NCBI GenBank assembly: GCA_900317855.1
Contig: ONIG01000006.1
Location: forward strand, 3,918 to 67,917
Origin: an uncultured Eubacteriales bacterium
GTDB taxonomy: Bacteria; Bacillota; Clostridia; Oscillospirales; Oscillospiraceae
Direction: 5' to 3'
Length of the DNA stretch: 64,000 nucleotides
Of this stretch, positions 8,061-16,627 are shown in pieces (position 1 is the stretch's first letter; every line of letters begins with the position of its first letter). Under the pieces are notes generated by a model. That model was given only the letters and a program-made list of their open reading frames with translations. It did not search any database and was not told the DNA's origin. Made by a program: the position numbers and the translations under genes.

Positions 8061-8939
8061 TCATGCCTGCTGCCAGAGCAGGCGGTTATCGTCAAAGACG
8101 GCGCAGAGCCTGCCGCTGTCTTTGAGCCACGCGAGGTAGGAGCGCACCGTGCTGCCGACGAGCACGTACTGCTCGAAGTTCATCACGAGGTCGAAGCGCC
8201 GAAACAGCTGCTGCAAGACCGCCTCGAACGTCTGCGGAGCGCGGCAGAGCTCCGTGATGATGTCCGCGATCTCGAGCACCTTGTCGATGTTGTACTGTGC
8301 GAGCGGGGCAATGTCCTCCGTGGCCGCGGCGTGCGCGGGTACGAAGGCGCGCCCAGAGAGCGTTTTGACCATTTCGAGCGTGTTCAGGTAGGCAGCCACA
8401 TCGTAAAGGAAGCCAATCTGGTACTTTTCCAGTGTCTCGCGGCTCGACAGACAGTCGGCCAGATACACCACGTCGTCCGGCGTGCGAAAGCCCACCATGT
8501 CAAAAAAGTGCCCCGGCAGCTGCAGCAGTTCAAACCCCTCCGGCAGGCACGCCGGGGTCAGCTCCTGCGCGTCGCTGGGCTTGGCCATGAGGAATTTGTG
8601 CTGCAGCTCCTTCGGCGGATAGCCGCCGTAGAGAAACGACGGCTCGAGCACCGGGTGGCGCGTGAAGTCACTCTCGATGCCGGGGGCATAGATCCTGCAG
8701 CCGGTCTGGTTTTGCAGGTACTGGTTGCCGCCGATGTGGTCGGCGTTGGAGTGCGTGTTGTAGATGGCGGTCAGGCGCCAGCCGTTGGCGTCGAGGATCT
8801 GGCGCACCTTGCGCCCGGCCTCCTTGTCGTTGCCGCTGTCGATGAGGCAGACGTCGGTGTCGTTCAGGCGCACGAGGCCGATCTTGGCCGGGCTCTGGAT
8901 GTAGTAGCTGTTTCCGGCCACCTGGGTCAGTTCATACAT
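8061..8939 (-). CDS. MBL-fold metallo-hydrolase
   Basis: THSNADHIGG metal-binding motif (HxHxDH-like). AAGGAGGA RBS. Starts 17 nt downstream of the pepF-like stop. Confidence 0.8.
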   Translation of the reverse strand: MYELTQVAGNSYYIQSPAKIGLVRLNDTDVCLIDSGNDKEAGRKVRQILDANGWRLTAIYNTHSNADHIGGNQYLQNQTGCRIYAPGIESDFTRHPVLEPSFLYGGYPPKELQHKFLMAKPSDAQELTPACLPEGFELLQLPGHFFDMVGFRTPDDVVYLADCLSSRETLEKYQIGFLYDVAAYLNTLEMVKTLSGRAFVPAHAAATEDIAPLAQYNIDKVLEIADIITELCRAPQTFEAVLQQLFRRFDLVMNFEQYVLVGSTVRSYLAWLKDSGRLCAVFDDNRLLWQQA

Positions 8940-8956
8940 GGTGCTTTCCTCCTTTA

Positions 8957-10648
8957 TCAGACGGTGTGCCTGCGGATGAGCGGCTCCACCTGCGCTGCCA
9001 GCTGCGCGAGCGCGCCCGGCTCGAACGGGGAGCGGAAGCCCGCCTCGGCCAGCAGGTCCGTCCAGAGCTTTTCGCCGCCCTGCTGCGACAGGTGCAGGTA
9101 GCGGGCGAACGCGCCGTCATAATCGTCCTGCGACGCGAGCAGGAACTGAAACGCCGCCGTCTGCGCCAGACAGTAGTCGATGTAGTAAAACGGCGTCTCG
9201 TAGATGTGCATCTGGTACTGCCAGCGGGTGCCGCGCTCGAGATACGGGATGCCGCTCTGGTCGATATACGGGCGGTATTTCGCCTCCAGCTCCAGCCAGA
9301 CGGCGTTGCGTTCGGCCGGGGTGAGGTCGGGCTCGGCGTAGACGCGGTGCTGGAATTCGTCCACCATCGTGCCGTAGGGCAGGAAGCTGAGCGCATCGAG
9401 CGCGTGCTGGAAGCGGTAGCGCTCCGCGTCGCCCGCCTTCGGGAAGAAGGCGTCGAGATACGGCCAGGCGAAAAACTCCATGCTCATCGAGTGCGTTTCG
9501 GCGGTCTCCATGCCGCCGCAGCCGAGCTCGAGCGCGAAGCGGTTGTCCGCGATCAGGTAGGCGTTGAGCGCATGGCCGGCCTCGTGCGTCACGACGTCCA
9601 TGTCGCCGGACGTGCCGTTGAAGTTTGCGAGGATGAACGGCTGCCGGAACTTCGGAAACTCCGTGCAGTAGCCGCCGCCCCATTTGTTCGGGCGGGACTC
9701 GACGTCGAAGGCCTCATTTTCGCACATCATGCGGAAAAATGCGCCCGGCACGTCGCCCATGGCGTCGTACATCTTCTGCGCAGCGGCGAAGAGTTCGTCC
9801 TTGCCGCAGGGCGTTGGGTCGCCGCCGGGGGTGAAAAATTCGTTGTCGTAGAGCCGGAACGTGTCGATGCCGAGACGCTTCGCGTTTTCCAGCCGCAGCC
9901 GGGACACGACCGGCACGATGTCGCGCACGATGTTCTCGCGGAAGGTCTGCACGGCCTGCGCGTCGTAGCACATGCGCTCCATGCGGCAGTAGCCAAGCTC
10001 GATGAAGTTTTCATAGCCCATCTTTTTGGCCATCCGGTCGCGCACGTGTACGAGCCGGTCGAAAATATCATCCAGCTGCGCGCTGTGCGCTTCCAGCGTT
10101 GTGCCGAGGGCCTCGTAGCATTCCCTGCGCGTGGCGCGGTCGGCGCTGCGGGCGTATTTCATCAGCATCGGCCGCGGCAGCTGCTCGCCCCGGAAGGGGA
10201 AGAGCATGCCCGCCATGAGCTGTGCGTATTCGCTGACGATCTTGTTTTCCTCGACCATGTCGTCGATGATCTCCGGCGACATGCTCCGCCGCTGCAGCTC
10301 CATGCTGCGCAGCAGGATCGGCGAGAGCGCCGTCTCGAGTTCTTTCCGGAACGGGCTGTCGAGCACGGCGGAGGTGTACTGCAGCGCGAGATTTTCGACC
10401 TCCGGGCCGATCTCGTCATAGTAGTCCTTTTCCGCCAGATAAAACGGGTCGACGGTGTTGATCGTGTAGCGCATGTACGACAGCGACTGCGCTGTGGCGT
10501 ACTCCGTCGTGAGCGAGAGATATTCCGCTCGCGCGGCAAGAATTTCCTCCACGCTCTGCGCGGCCTTTACGCGCTCGATCACGCGCTGCAGCCCTTTGGC
10601 CATTTCCTCGCGCGTCACGCGCCGGTAGGGGAGTTCGGATACTTTCAT
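8957..10648 (-). CDS. M3B-family oligoendopeptidase (PepF-like)
   Basis: Start MKVSELPY at 10648 after GGAAAGGAG. Zinc motif HEAGHAL. About 563 aa. The track ORF extends spuriously to 11056. Confidence 0.85.
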   Translation of the reverse strand: MKVSELPYRRVTREEMAKGLQRVIERVKAAQSVEEILAARAEYLSLTTEYATAQSLSYMRYTINTVDPFYLAEKDYYDEIGPEVENLALQYTSAVLDSPFRKELETALSPILLRSMELQRRSMSPEIIDDMVEENKIVSEYAQLMAGMLFPFRGEQLPRPMLMKYARSADRATRRECYEALGTTLEAHSAQLDDIFDRLVHVRDRMAKKMGYENFIELGYCRMERMCYDAQAVQTFRENIVRDIVPVVSRLRLENAKRLGIDTFRLYDNEFFTPGGDPTPCGKDELFAAAQKMYDAMGDVPGAFFRMMCENEAFDVESRPNKWGGGYCTEFPKFRQPFILANFNGTSGDMDVVTHEAGHALNAYLIADNRFALELGCGGMETAETHSMSMEFFAWPYLDAFFPKAGDAERYRFQHALDALSFLPYGTMVDEFQHRVYAEPDLTPAERNAVWLELEAKYRPYIDQSGIPYLERGTRWQYQMHIYETPFYYIDYCLAQTAAFQFLLASQDDYDGAFARYLHLSQQGGEKLWTDLLAEAGFRSPFEPGALAQLAAQVEPLIRRHTV

Positions 10649-11550
10649 GCTTGCTCCTTTCCAAGTTCCGCGGCCTCGGGGTCCGTGCGCAGCGTCTGCC
10701 GGGCGAAGGCGAGAAACCGCTTCGCCGCCGGGGACAGCTCCTCCGGCGCGGGTGCGGCGATGCCGATCTCGGCATACTGCGGCGGATCGACCGGGAGGAT
10801 CACGATGCCGGTCGTGTCCCAGCCGCGGGTGATGAGTTGATTGTTCAGGCTCACGCCGAGACCGGCCTGCACCATGGCAAAGGTGGCGCGGCTGTCCACG
10901 GACGTGTAGCGGACGTTCGGCGTGATGCCTGCTCGGGCGAACACGCGCGCGTTGTCCGTGTCCTGGTGCATATAGGTCGCGATGGTCGGCTCGGTCGCAA
11001 ATGCCGCGAGCGGGAACGCCTTTCCCCCGGCCAGCGGATGCTCCGGCGGCAGCCACGCGACCATGGGGTCGGCGTACAGCGGGATCCAGTCAAAGTCGCC
11101 CTCGCGGAAGCTCGTGATGCAGAAGTCAGCCGTGTGCTCGCTCACGGCGCGCGTGAGCTGGCTGCTGTTGCCCTGCAGGACCTGCACCTCAATGCCGGGG
11201 TAGACCTCGCAGAAGCGGGCGATGCAGCGGCTGAGCCAGCCGTAGTACGCCCCGTAGACGCAGCCGACGGCGATGGTGCCGGTCTCGACGCCGCGGATCT
11301 CGTCCGCCTGCGCGTCGAGCAGGGCACTCCAGTGCGTCAGCTCCCGCAGCGTCGGCAGCAGTGTTTGGCAGGCGCGCGTCGGCTGCACGCCGCTGTGCGA
11401 GCGGCTCAGCAGCGGGAAGCCCAGCTCCTGCTCGAGCGCCGCCATCATCCGGCTCAGGCCGGAGGGGGTGTAGTCCAGTTTTTCCGCCGCCGCCGAGAGG
11501 CTCCCGGCCTCGAGCACGGCCAGCAGTGCGCGGCATTTTTCCGTGTCCAT
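10645..11550 (-). CDS. LysR-family transcriptional regulator
   Basis: N-terminal wHTH MDTEKCRALLAVLEAGSLSAAAEKLDYTPSGLSRMMAALEQELGFPLL plus a LysR substrate-binding domain. Its stop overlaps the pepF start (ATGA). Confidence 0.9.
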   Translation of the reverse strand: MDTEKCRALLAVLEAGSLSAAAEKLDYTPSGLSRMMAALEQELGFPLLSRSHSGVQPTRACQTLLPTLRELTHWSALLDAQADEIRGVETGTIAVGCVYGAYYGWLSRCIARFCEVYPGIEVQVLQGNSSQLTRAVSEHTADFCITSFREGDFDWIPLYADPMVAWLPPEHPLAGGKAFPLAAFATEPTIATYMHQDTDNARVFARAGITPNVRYTSVDSRATFAMVQAGLGVSLNNQLITRGWDTTGIVILPVDPPQYAEIGIAAPAPEELSPAAKRFLAFARQTLRTDPEAAELGKEQA

Positions 11551-11564
11551 AAGCTGCCTCCGTT

Positions 11565-11581
11565 CTTGCGTAGTACGCAAG
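11565..11581. promoter_or_regulatory. Perfect 8-1-8 palindrome containing a T-N11-A core; candidate LysR operator
   Basis: CTTGCGTA-G-TACGCAAG lies 15 nt upstream of the lysR start, in the lysR/EamA divergent region. A further half-site TTACGCAA lies about 30 nt away. Confidence 0.5.
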
Positions 11582-11661
11582 GAACCATTGAAACATTGTC
11601 TCTTTACGCAATGATATAACCGTGGTATCGTTTCGTCAAGATATTTTCGGGAGGAATACGG

Positions 11662-12537
11662 ATGAAGACCCGGACCATGACGCGCACACAGGCGGAGCTG
11701 CTGCTGGCAGCGGTCATCATTGCGCGCAGCACATCGTATGTGCTTACAAAAGTCGGCTTGCAGGACATGGGCAAATTCACGCTGCTGGCGGTGCGGTTTT
11801 TGCTGGCGTTTGCGTTTCTGGCCGTGCTGTTCTGGCGGCGGCTGCTGCAGATCGACCGGCGCACGCTGCTGAGCGGTCTTGCCATGGGCGGCATTTACTT
11901 TTGCGTCATGACGGCGGAGCTCACGGCGCTGAAAACGGTGGAGACCTCCACCGTGTCGTTCGTGACGAATACGGCCGTCGTCATCGTGCCGCTCGTTCAG
12001 GCGGTGCTCAGCCGCCGGTGGCCGGAGCACCGTGTGCTGCTCGGCGCGCTGGCGTGTCTGCTGGGCGTGGCACTGCTGACGCTGCGCAACGGCCTTGCGC
12101 TCACGCCGGGCGTTGGGTACTGTATTCTGGAGGCGTTTTTGTATTCGGCGGCCATTCTCGTGACCGACCGGCTCACGCACGCCGGAGCGGCCCCCCTGCT
12201 GTCCGGCGTGGTGCAGGTGGGCTTTCTGGGCGTGCTGGCGCTCATCGCATCGTTTCTGTTTGAGACGCCGCACCTGCCAGGCAGCGGCACGGAGTGGCTG
12301 GCCGTGCTGGCGCTGGCGCTCGTGTGCAGCGGCTTTGGCTTCACGCTCCAGCCGGTCGCGCAGAGCGGGACAACGGCGGACCACGCGGCGCTGTTTTGCG
12401 CGCTCAATCCCTTCGTTGCGGCAACGCTGGGCGCGGTGTGCTTTCATGAGCACTTCGGCCTCGCGGGCCTGCTCGGCGGCGCGCTGATTTTAGCTGGGAT
12501 CCTGGCGTCCTGTTGGCCGCAGAAAACCGGCGGATGA
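11662..12537 (+). CDS. EamA/DMT-family transporter
   Basis: 10-TM protein with duplicated EamA-like halves. GGGAGGA RBS. Divergent from lysR. Confidence 0.85.
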   Translation: MKTRTMTRTQAELLLAAVIIARSTSYVLTKVGLQDMGKFTLLAVRFLLAFAFLAVLFWRRLLQIDRRTLLSGLAMGGIYFCVMTAELTALKTVETSTVSFVTNTAVVIVPLVQAVLSRRWPEHRVLLGALACLLGVALLTLRNGLALTPGVGYCILEAFLYSAAILVTDRLTHAGAAPLLSGVVQVGFLGVLALIASFLFETPHLPGSGTEWLAVLALALVCSGFGFTLQPVAQSGTTADHAALFCALNPFVAATLGAVCFHEHFGLAGLLGGALILAGILASCWPQKTGG

Positions 12538-12544
12538 AAAACAG

Positions 12545-12580
12545 AAAATGCCCCGGATGCATTGGCATCCGGGGCATTTT
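12545..12580. terminator. Bidirectional intrinsic terminator
   Basis: 16-bp stem AAAATGCCCCGGATGC/GCATCCGGGGCATTTT with loop ATTG. Confidence 0.75.
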
Positions 12581-12585
12581 CACAC

Positions 12586-13173
12586 TTATTCGTTCTGCGC
12601 CTGATAGGCACGCACGTAGGTCACGAGCGTGTCAACGGTTTTCTCGATGCCGAGCTTGCCGCTGTTGACGACGAGGTCATACCCGCGCGCGTCGCCCCAT
12701 TTCGTGTCGCAGTAGTAGTTGTGGTAGGCTTTGCGGTCGCGGTCGACGCGGCGCATTTCCAGCGCCGCCTGATCGGCCGTGAGGGACTTTTCCTCCATGA
12801 GCCGCTGGCGCTTCTGGTCAGGTTTTCCGGCGATGAACAGGTGCACGGCGTTCGGGTTGCTGCGCAGCAAAAAATCCGAGCAGCGGCCGAGCACGACGAA
12901 CGACTCGCCGCTGTCTGCCAGCTTCTGAATGTAATCGAACGTCTCGTGTGCGAGTGCATCCTCCGGCGCGTTGAAGTTCTCGCCGATGCGGCGCGACCAC
13001 AGCAGGTGCACGGGCTTTTCGTCATAGCGCGCGGCGTCCTCGGCGCTAAAGACGCTGTCGAGCAGCAGCTCCTTATCATAAAACGCGATGCCGAGCTGTT
13101 TGGCGATCTGTTCGGCGATGTACTTGCCGCCGCTGCCGTGTTCACGGCCGACGGTCACGATGATTTGCTTCAT
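12586..13173 (-). CDS. Cytidylate-kinase-like P-loop protein
   Basis: N-terminal VGREHGSGGKYIAEQIAKQLG, typical of the Cytidylate_kin2-like family. Starts 28 nt downstream of the permease stop. Confidence 0.7.
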   Translation of the reverse strand: MKQIIVTVGREHGSGGKYIAEQIAKQLGIAFYDKELLLDSVFSAEDAARYDEKPVHLLWSRRIGENFNAPEDALAHETFDYIQKLADSGESFVVLGRCSDFLLRSNPNAVHLFIAGKPDQKRQRLMEEKSLTADQAALEMRRVDRDRKAYHNYYCDTKWGDARGYDLVVNSGKLGIEKTVDTLVTYVRAYQAQNE

Positions 13174-13201
13174 GATGCGTTACCGCCTTTCTGTTGTAAA
13201 A

Positions 13202-14566
13202 TTACAGGTATCTCAGGAACAGGCATCCCAGCGAGACCGCAACGACCAGCACGGTGGCCGGAACGCAGTATTTGCAGTATTTTCCCCAGCTGATGGGGTG
13301 GCCGCTCTTGGCCGACACGGATGTGGCCACGACGTTGGCCGACGCGCCGATGGGCGTGGCGTTGCCGCCGAGGTCGGTGCCGAGCGACAGTGCCCAGGCG
13401 AGCACGGACAGATCCATGCCCTGCGTCGCCGCGATGGACTGCACGACCGGGACCATGGTGGCCGCGAACGGGATGTTGTCAATCAGCGCGCTGCACACGG
13501 CCGACAGCAGCAGAATGATGAGGATGACGACCTTGATGCTGCCGCCGCTGATGGTCGAGATGAACTGCGCGATGAGCTTGAGCACGCCGGTCTGCTCCAG
13601 ACCCGCGACGGAGATGAACAGGCCGATGAAAAACAGCAGCGTCTTGTAGTCCACACCGCGGATGACTTCCTTCACCGCAGCGCCGCCGTTGGTAAACACG
13701 GTCACCAGCAGCGTCAGGCACGCGACGATGACGCCGATGCACGCGACGGTCAGGCCGGTCTGCGCGTGCGTCACGAGCAGCGCGACTGCGATGAGAAACA
13801 CGATCACGTCCGCGACGAACGCCTTGCGGTTGGCGATGGCGGTCGCCGGAGCGGGGCAGACAGCGTCGGCTGGGCGGGCTGTCTCGCTCGCCTTGAGCGG
13901 CTTGCGGAAGCACAGCCAGAAGAAGATCAGCACGAACACAAAGCTGATGCCGACGATGACGCCGGTGTTTTCAATGAAGTCCGTGAAGGTAAAGCCGAGC
14001 GCGGTGCCGATGATGATGTTGGGGGGATCGCCGCACATGGTGGCGGCGCCGCCGAGGTTGGCGCAGAAGACCTCCGACAGGATCATTGGAACGGGGTCAA
14101 AGCGCAGGATCTGCGCCAGCTCCAGCGTGACGGTCGCGAGAAACAGTACGACCGTGATGCTGTCGATGAACATGGCCAGAAACGCGGACATGGCCATGAA
14201 GCACAGCAGCAGCGGCACGACGTGGTAGTGCGCGAGCTTTGCCAGCGACAGGCACAGCCAGCGGAAGAAGCCGGATTTGCCGAGGCCCTCGACCATAATC
14301 ATCATACCGGTGATGAAGAAGATGGTCGACCAGTTGACGCCGGAGCTGGCGCTCTCCGAGGCGCCGTACCAGAAGCCGGCGCGGAAGATGGCGCCGAGAT
14401 TCAGGGCATTTTTGATCGCGTCCCAGCTGTGCATGCAGACGCCGAACACGACCACGAGCACGAGGGCCGCGCTGCCAAGCGTGACATACTGGCGCTCGAA
14501 TTTGTCCATGATGATGAGCGCGAACATGCCGACGAAGATGACAGCCGCAAGGATTTGAGCAGTCAT
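13202..14566 (-). CDS. ArsB/NhaD-superfamily (CitMHS-like) anion/cation permease
   Basis: Start MTAQILAAVIF at 14566. Roughly 12 TM helices with internal duplication typical of the ArsB/NhaD permease superfamily. Confidence 0.7.
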   Translation of the reverse strand: MTAQILAAVIFVGMFALIIMDKFERQYVTLGSAALVLVVVFGVCMHSWDAIKNALNLGAIFRAGFWYGASESASSGVNWSTIFFITGMMIMVEGLGKSGFFRWLCLSLAKLAHYHVVPLLLCFMAMSAFLAMFIDSITVVLFLATVTLELAQILRFDPVPMILSEVFCANLGGAATMCGDPPNIIIGTALGFTFTDFIENTGVIVGISFVFVLIFFWLCFRKPLKASETARPADAVCPAPATAIANRKAFVADVIVFLIAVALLVTHAQTGLTVACIGVIVACLTLLVTVFTNGGAAVKEVIRGVDYKTLLFFIGLFISVAGLEQTGVLKLIAQFISTISGGSIKVVILIILLLSAVCSALIDNIPFAATMVPVVQSIAATQGMDLSVLAWALSLGTDLGGNATPIGASANVVATSVSAKSGHPISWGKYCKYCVPATVLVVAVSLGCLFLRYL

Positions 14567-14700
14567 AGAAAAAACCTTCTTTCTTGAAATTTGCGGGGGG
14601 TGCCGACGCAGAGGCATCGAAGAAAGAGGGTTGCTTCGCGGTGGTGTCCTTCCCCAACAGGAGAGGAATTCTAGCGCGCTCGGGGATAAAAATCAAGGGT
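14567..14700 (-). promoter_or_regulatory. Structured 5' leader with an RBS-sequestering terminator-like hairpin; candidate riboswitch or attenuator of unrecognised class
   Basis: RNA arms CCCUCUUUCUU (plus 14620-14630) and AAGAAAGAAGG (plus 14575-14585), then U6, 2 nt before the AUG. The 3' arm holds the only SD-like purine tract. A competing helix CGAAG/CUUCG and an upstream helix UCCCC/GGGGA are also present. Confidence 0.4.
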
Positions 14701-14748
14701 TTTTTGCAAATCTGAGCGTGTTCTTATCAGACTTTCAAATACTTGATA

Positions 14749-15603
14749 TTACAGGCATTTATAGGCGATGATCGTCGCGCCGCCCTTGCCCTCATAGCGC
14801 TTGATCTGGTACTTGTTGGGGAAGGCGGCCAGCAGCTCCGGCAGCTTGCTGTAGCCGTAGGCGCGCACGTTGAAATCGGGCTTCACGCGCTTGATGTACA
14901 GCCCCGAGGAGCTGACGTTGACAAAGCCGTCGGCGTCCTGATATTTCTCGGACGCGATGTGCAGCAGGTTGTGGATCTCGCGGATGTCGGGTTTTTTCGG
15001 TTCCGGCTCCGGTTCGGGTTCCGGCGTCGGTTCCGGTTCGGGTTCGGTGGCCGGGGCGGACTCAGCCGCGGATTTTTTCGTGCTGCGTGTGGCCTTTTTC
15101 GTCTTGCGGGCGGGCTTTTTGGCCGCGGGCTCCGCGGCGTGCTCGGCGGCTGCGGGCTTCTCGTCCGCCTTGGACAGGTAATCGATGAGGATAAAGTCGT
15201 CGCACGCGTTTTTGAACGACTCCGGCGTTGTCGTCACGCCGGCGCCGATGATATACAGGCCTGACTCGCGCAGGCGGATGGCCAGCGGCGTAAAGTCGCT
15301 GTCGCTCGACACGAGCACGAGCGCGTCGTACATATTGTTGTGCAGCAGATCCATGGCCCCGATGACCATGGCGATGTCAGTCGTGTTTTTGCCGGTGACG
15401 TAGTCAAACTGCTGCTCGGCGCGGATGGCGAGGCGCTTGAGCTCCGGCTCCCAGTTTTTCAGCGAGTCCTTGCGCCAGTTGCCGTAGGCCTTTTTCACGA
15501 CGATGCGGCCGTAGGTCGACACCTCGTGCAGCACGGCCTCCAGCTTGGACAGCTGCGTGTTGTCGGCGTCGATGAGCACGGCAATTTTCTGGAAATTTTC
15601 CAT
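14749..15603 (-). CDS. NYN (LabA-like) nuclease domain protein with a C-terminal OST-HTH/LOTUS domain
   Basis: Start MENFQKIAVLIDADN at 15603 after AGGAG. NYN motifs IDADN and VSSDSDF. Low-complexity linker (EP)n. C-terminal LOTUS signature DGFVNVSSSGLYIKR..PDFNVRAYGYSKLPELL. Confidence 0.75.
   Translation of the reverse strand: MENFQKIAVLIDADNTQLSKLEAVLHEVSTYGRIVVKKAYGNWRKDSLKNWEPELKRLAIRAEQQFDYVTGKNTTDIAMVIGAMDLLHNNMYDALVLVSSDSDFTPLAIRLRESGLYIIGAGVTTTPESFKNACDDFILIDYLSKADEKPAAAEHAAEPAAKKPARKTKKATRSTKKSAAESAPATEPEPEPTPEPEPEPEPKKPDIREIHNLLHIASEKYQDADGFVNVSSSGLYIKRVKPDFNVRAYGYSKLPELLAAFPNKYQIKRYEGKGGATIIAYKCL
14996..15048 (-). repeat. Imperfect hexanucleotide repeat encoding the (Glu-Pro)n linker
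   Basis: GGTTCSGG-type units on the plus strand encode PEPEPTPEPEPEPEP in the NYN-LOTUS protein. Confidence 0.7.
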
Positions 15604-15675
15604 AGATGTTACTCCTGAACCGCCCGGCGGGCGGTGATTTTTCTCCATTATAACGTTTTTGCGCGCAAAATGCAA

Positions 15676-15703
15676 CGAAAGCGGGGCGTAACCCCCGCTT
15701 TCG
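15676..15703 (-). terminator. Probable intrinsic terminator after the deacetylase gene
   Basis: Stem CGAAAGCGGGG/CCCCGCTTTCG. The minus-strand RNA continues UUGCAUUUUG. Confidence 0.5.
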
Positions 15704-15711
15704 CTTCCTGT

Positions 15712-16497
15712 TCATGCGCCCTCGCCCGCAGTCGCCGGGCACTGGCGGCCGTTGGGGTCGATGCTCGTGTCGCCGGGGAGGATCATCTGTGAGATCGGGA
15801 TGATGGAATACCCGTCGGCGATGAGCGCCTCAATGATGCCGGCCAGCGCCTCCGGCGTGTGCTCGGCCGCGTTGTGGAACAGCACGATGCTGCCCGGCTG
15901 CACGCGCGTGAGCACGCGCGAGGTGATCTCGTCGCTGCTCAGCCCCTTCCAGTCGAGCGAATCGACGTCCCACTGGATGACGTGCATGCCCAGACCGTTG
16001 ATGGTGCTCACGACCGTGTCGTTGTACTCCCCGTAGGGGCAGCGAAACAGCGTCGGCCGCGTTCCGGTGACGGCTTCGATTTTATCGGCGCAGGTGTTGA
16101 CCTCCGTCTGGATCTGCTCGGCGCTCAGCTGCGCCATGTGCGGGTGCGTGGACGAGTGGTTCATGACCTCGTTGCCCGCATCCGCAAGCGCCTTGACCGA
16201 CTCCGGATATTTGTCCACCCATTCGCCCACGACGAAGAACGTCGCGTGGACGTTGTACTTGTTGAGAATGTCGATGAGCATCTGCGTATCCTCGTTGCCC
16301 CAGGCTGCGTCGAACGACAGGCTCACGACGCGGTCGTCGCGCTGCACGCAGTAGATGGGCAGCACGCGCTTGGCCGCGCTCACGCCCACGATTGCGGGAC
16401 TGTTGACCGCCCAGAACATGAGCGCGATGGCCAGCACCATCGCGCACACACTCAGCAGTTTCCGGTGTTTTCTGACGGCTTGCCGCACTTTGTACAT
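15712..16497 (-). CDS. Polysaccharide deacetylase (NodB homology domain), membrane-anchored
   Basis: N-terminal TM. NodB motifs SLSFDAAWG, HATFFVVG and MNHSSTHPH. Confidence 0.85.
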   Translation of the reverse strand: MYKVRQAVRKHRKLLSVCAMVLAIALMFWAVNSPAIVGVSAAKRVLPIYCVQRDDRVVSLSFDAAWGNEDTQMLIDILNKYNVHATFFVVGEWVDKYPESVKALADAGNEVMNHSSTHPHMAQLSAEQIQTEVNTCADKIEAVTGTRPTLFRCPYGEYNDTVVSTINGLGMHVIQWDVDSLDWKGLSSDEITSRVLTRVQPGSIVLFHNAAEHTPEALAGIIEALIADGYSIIPISQMILPGDTSIDPNGRQCPATAGEGA

Positions 16498-16585
16498 TGC
16501 ACCACCTCCGGCTTTCTGCCTTCATCCTATGAGCAGGATGGACGCGGTATGCGCCGGTTGGTTTACATAACCACACCCTACGTGC

Positions 16586-16619
16586 AGAAAAACGCCCGCA
16601 CATGGTTTTATGTGCGGGC
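16586..16619 (-). terminator. Intrinsic terminator of fhs
   Basis: Minus-strand RNA GCCCGCACAU-loop-AUGUGCGGGC followed by GUUUUUCU. Confidence 0.7.
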
Positions 16620-16627
16620 ATAAACAC

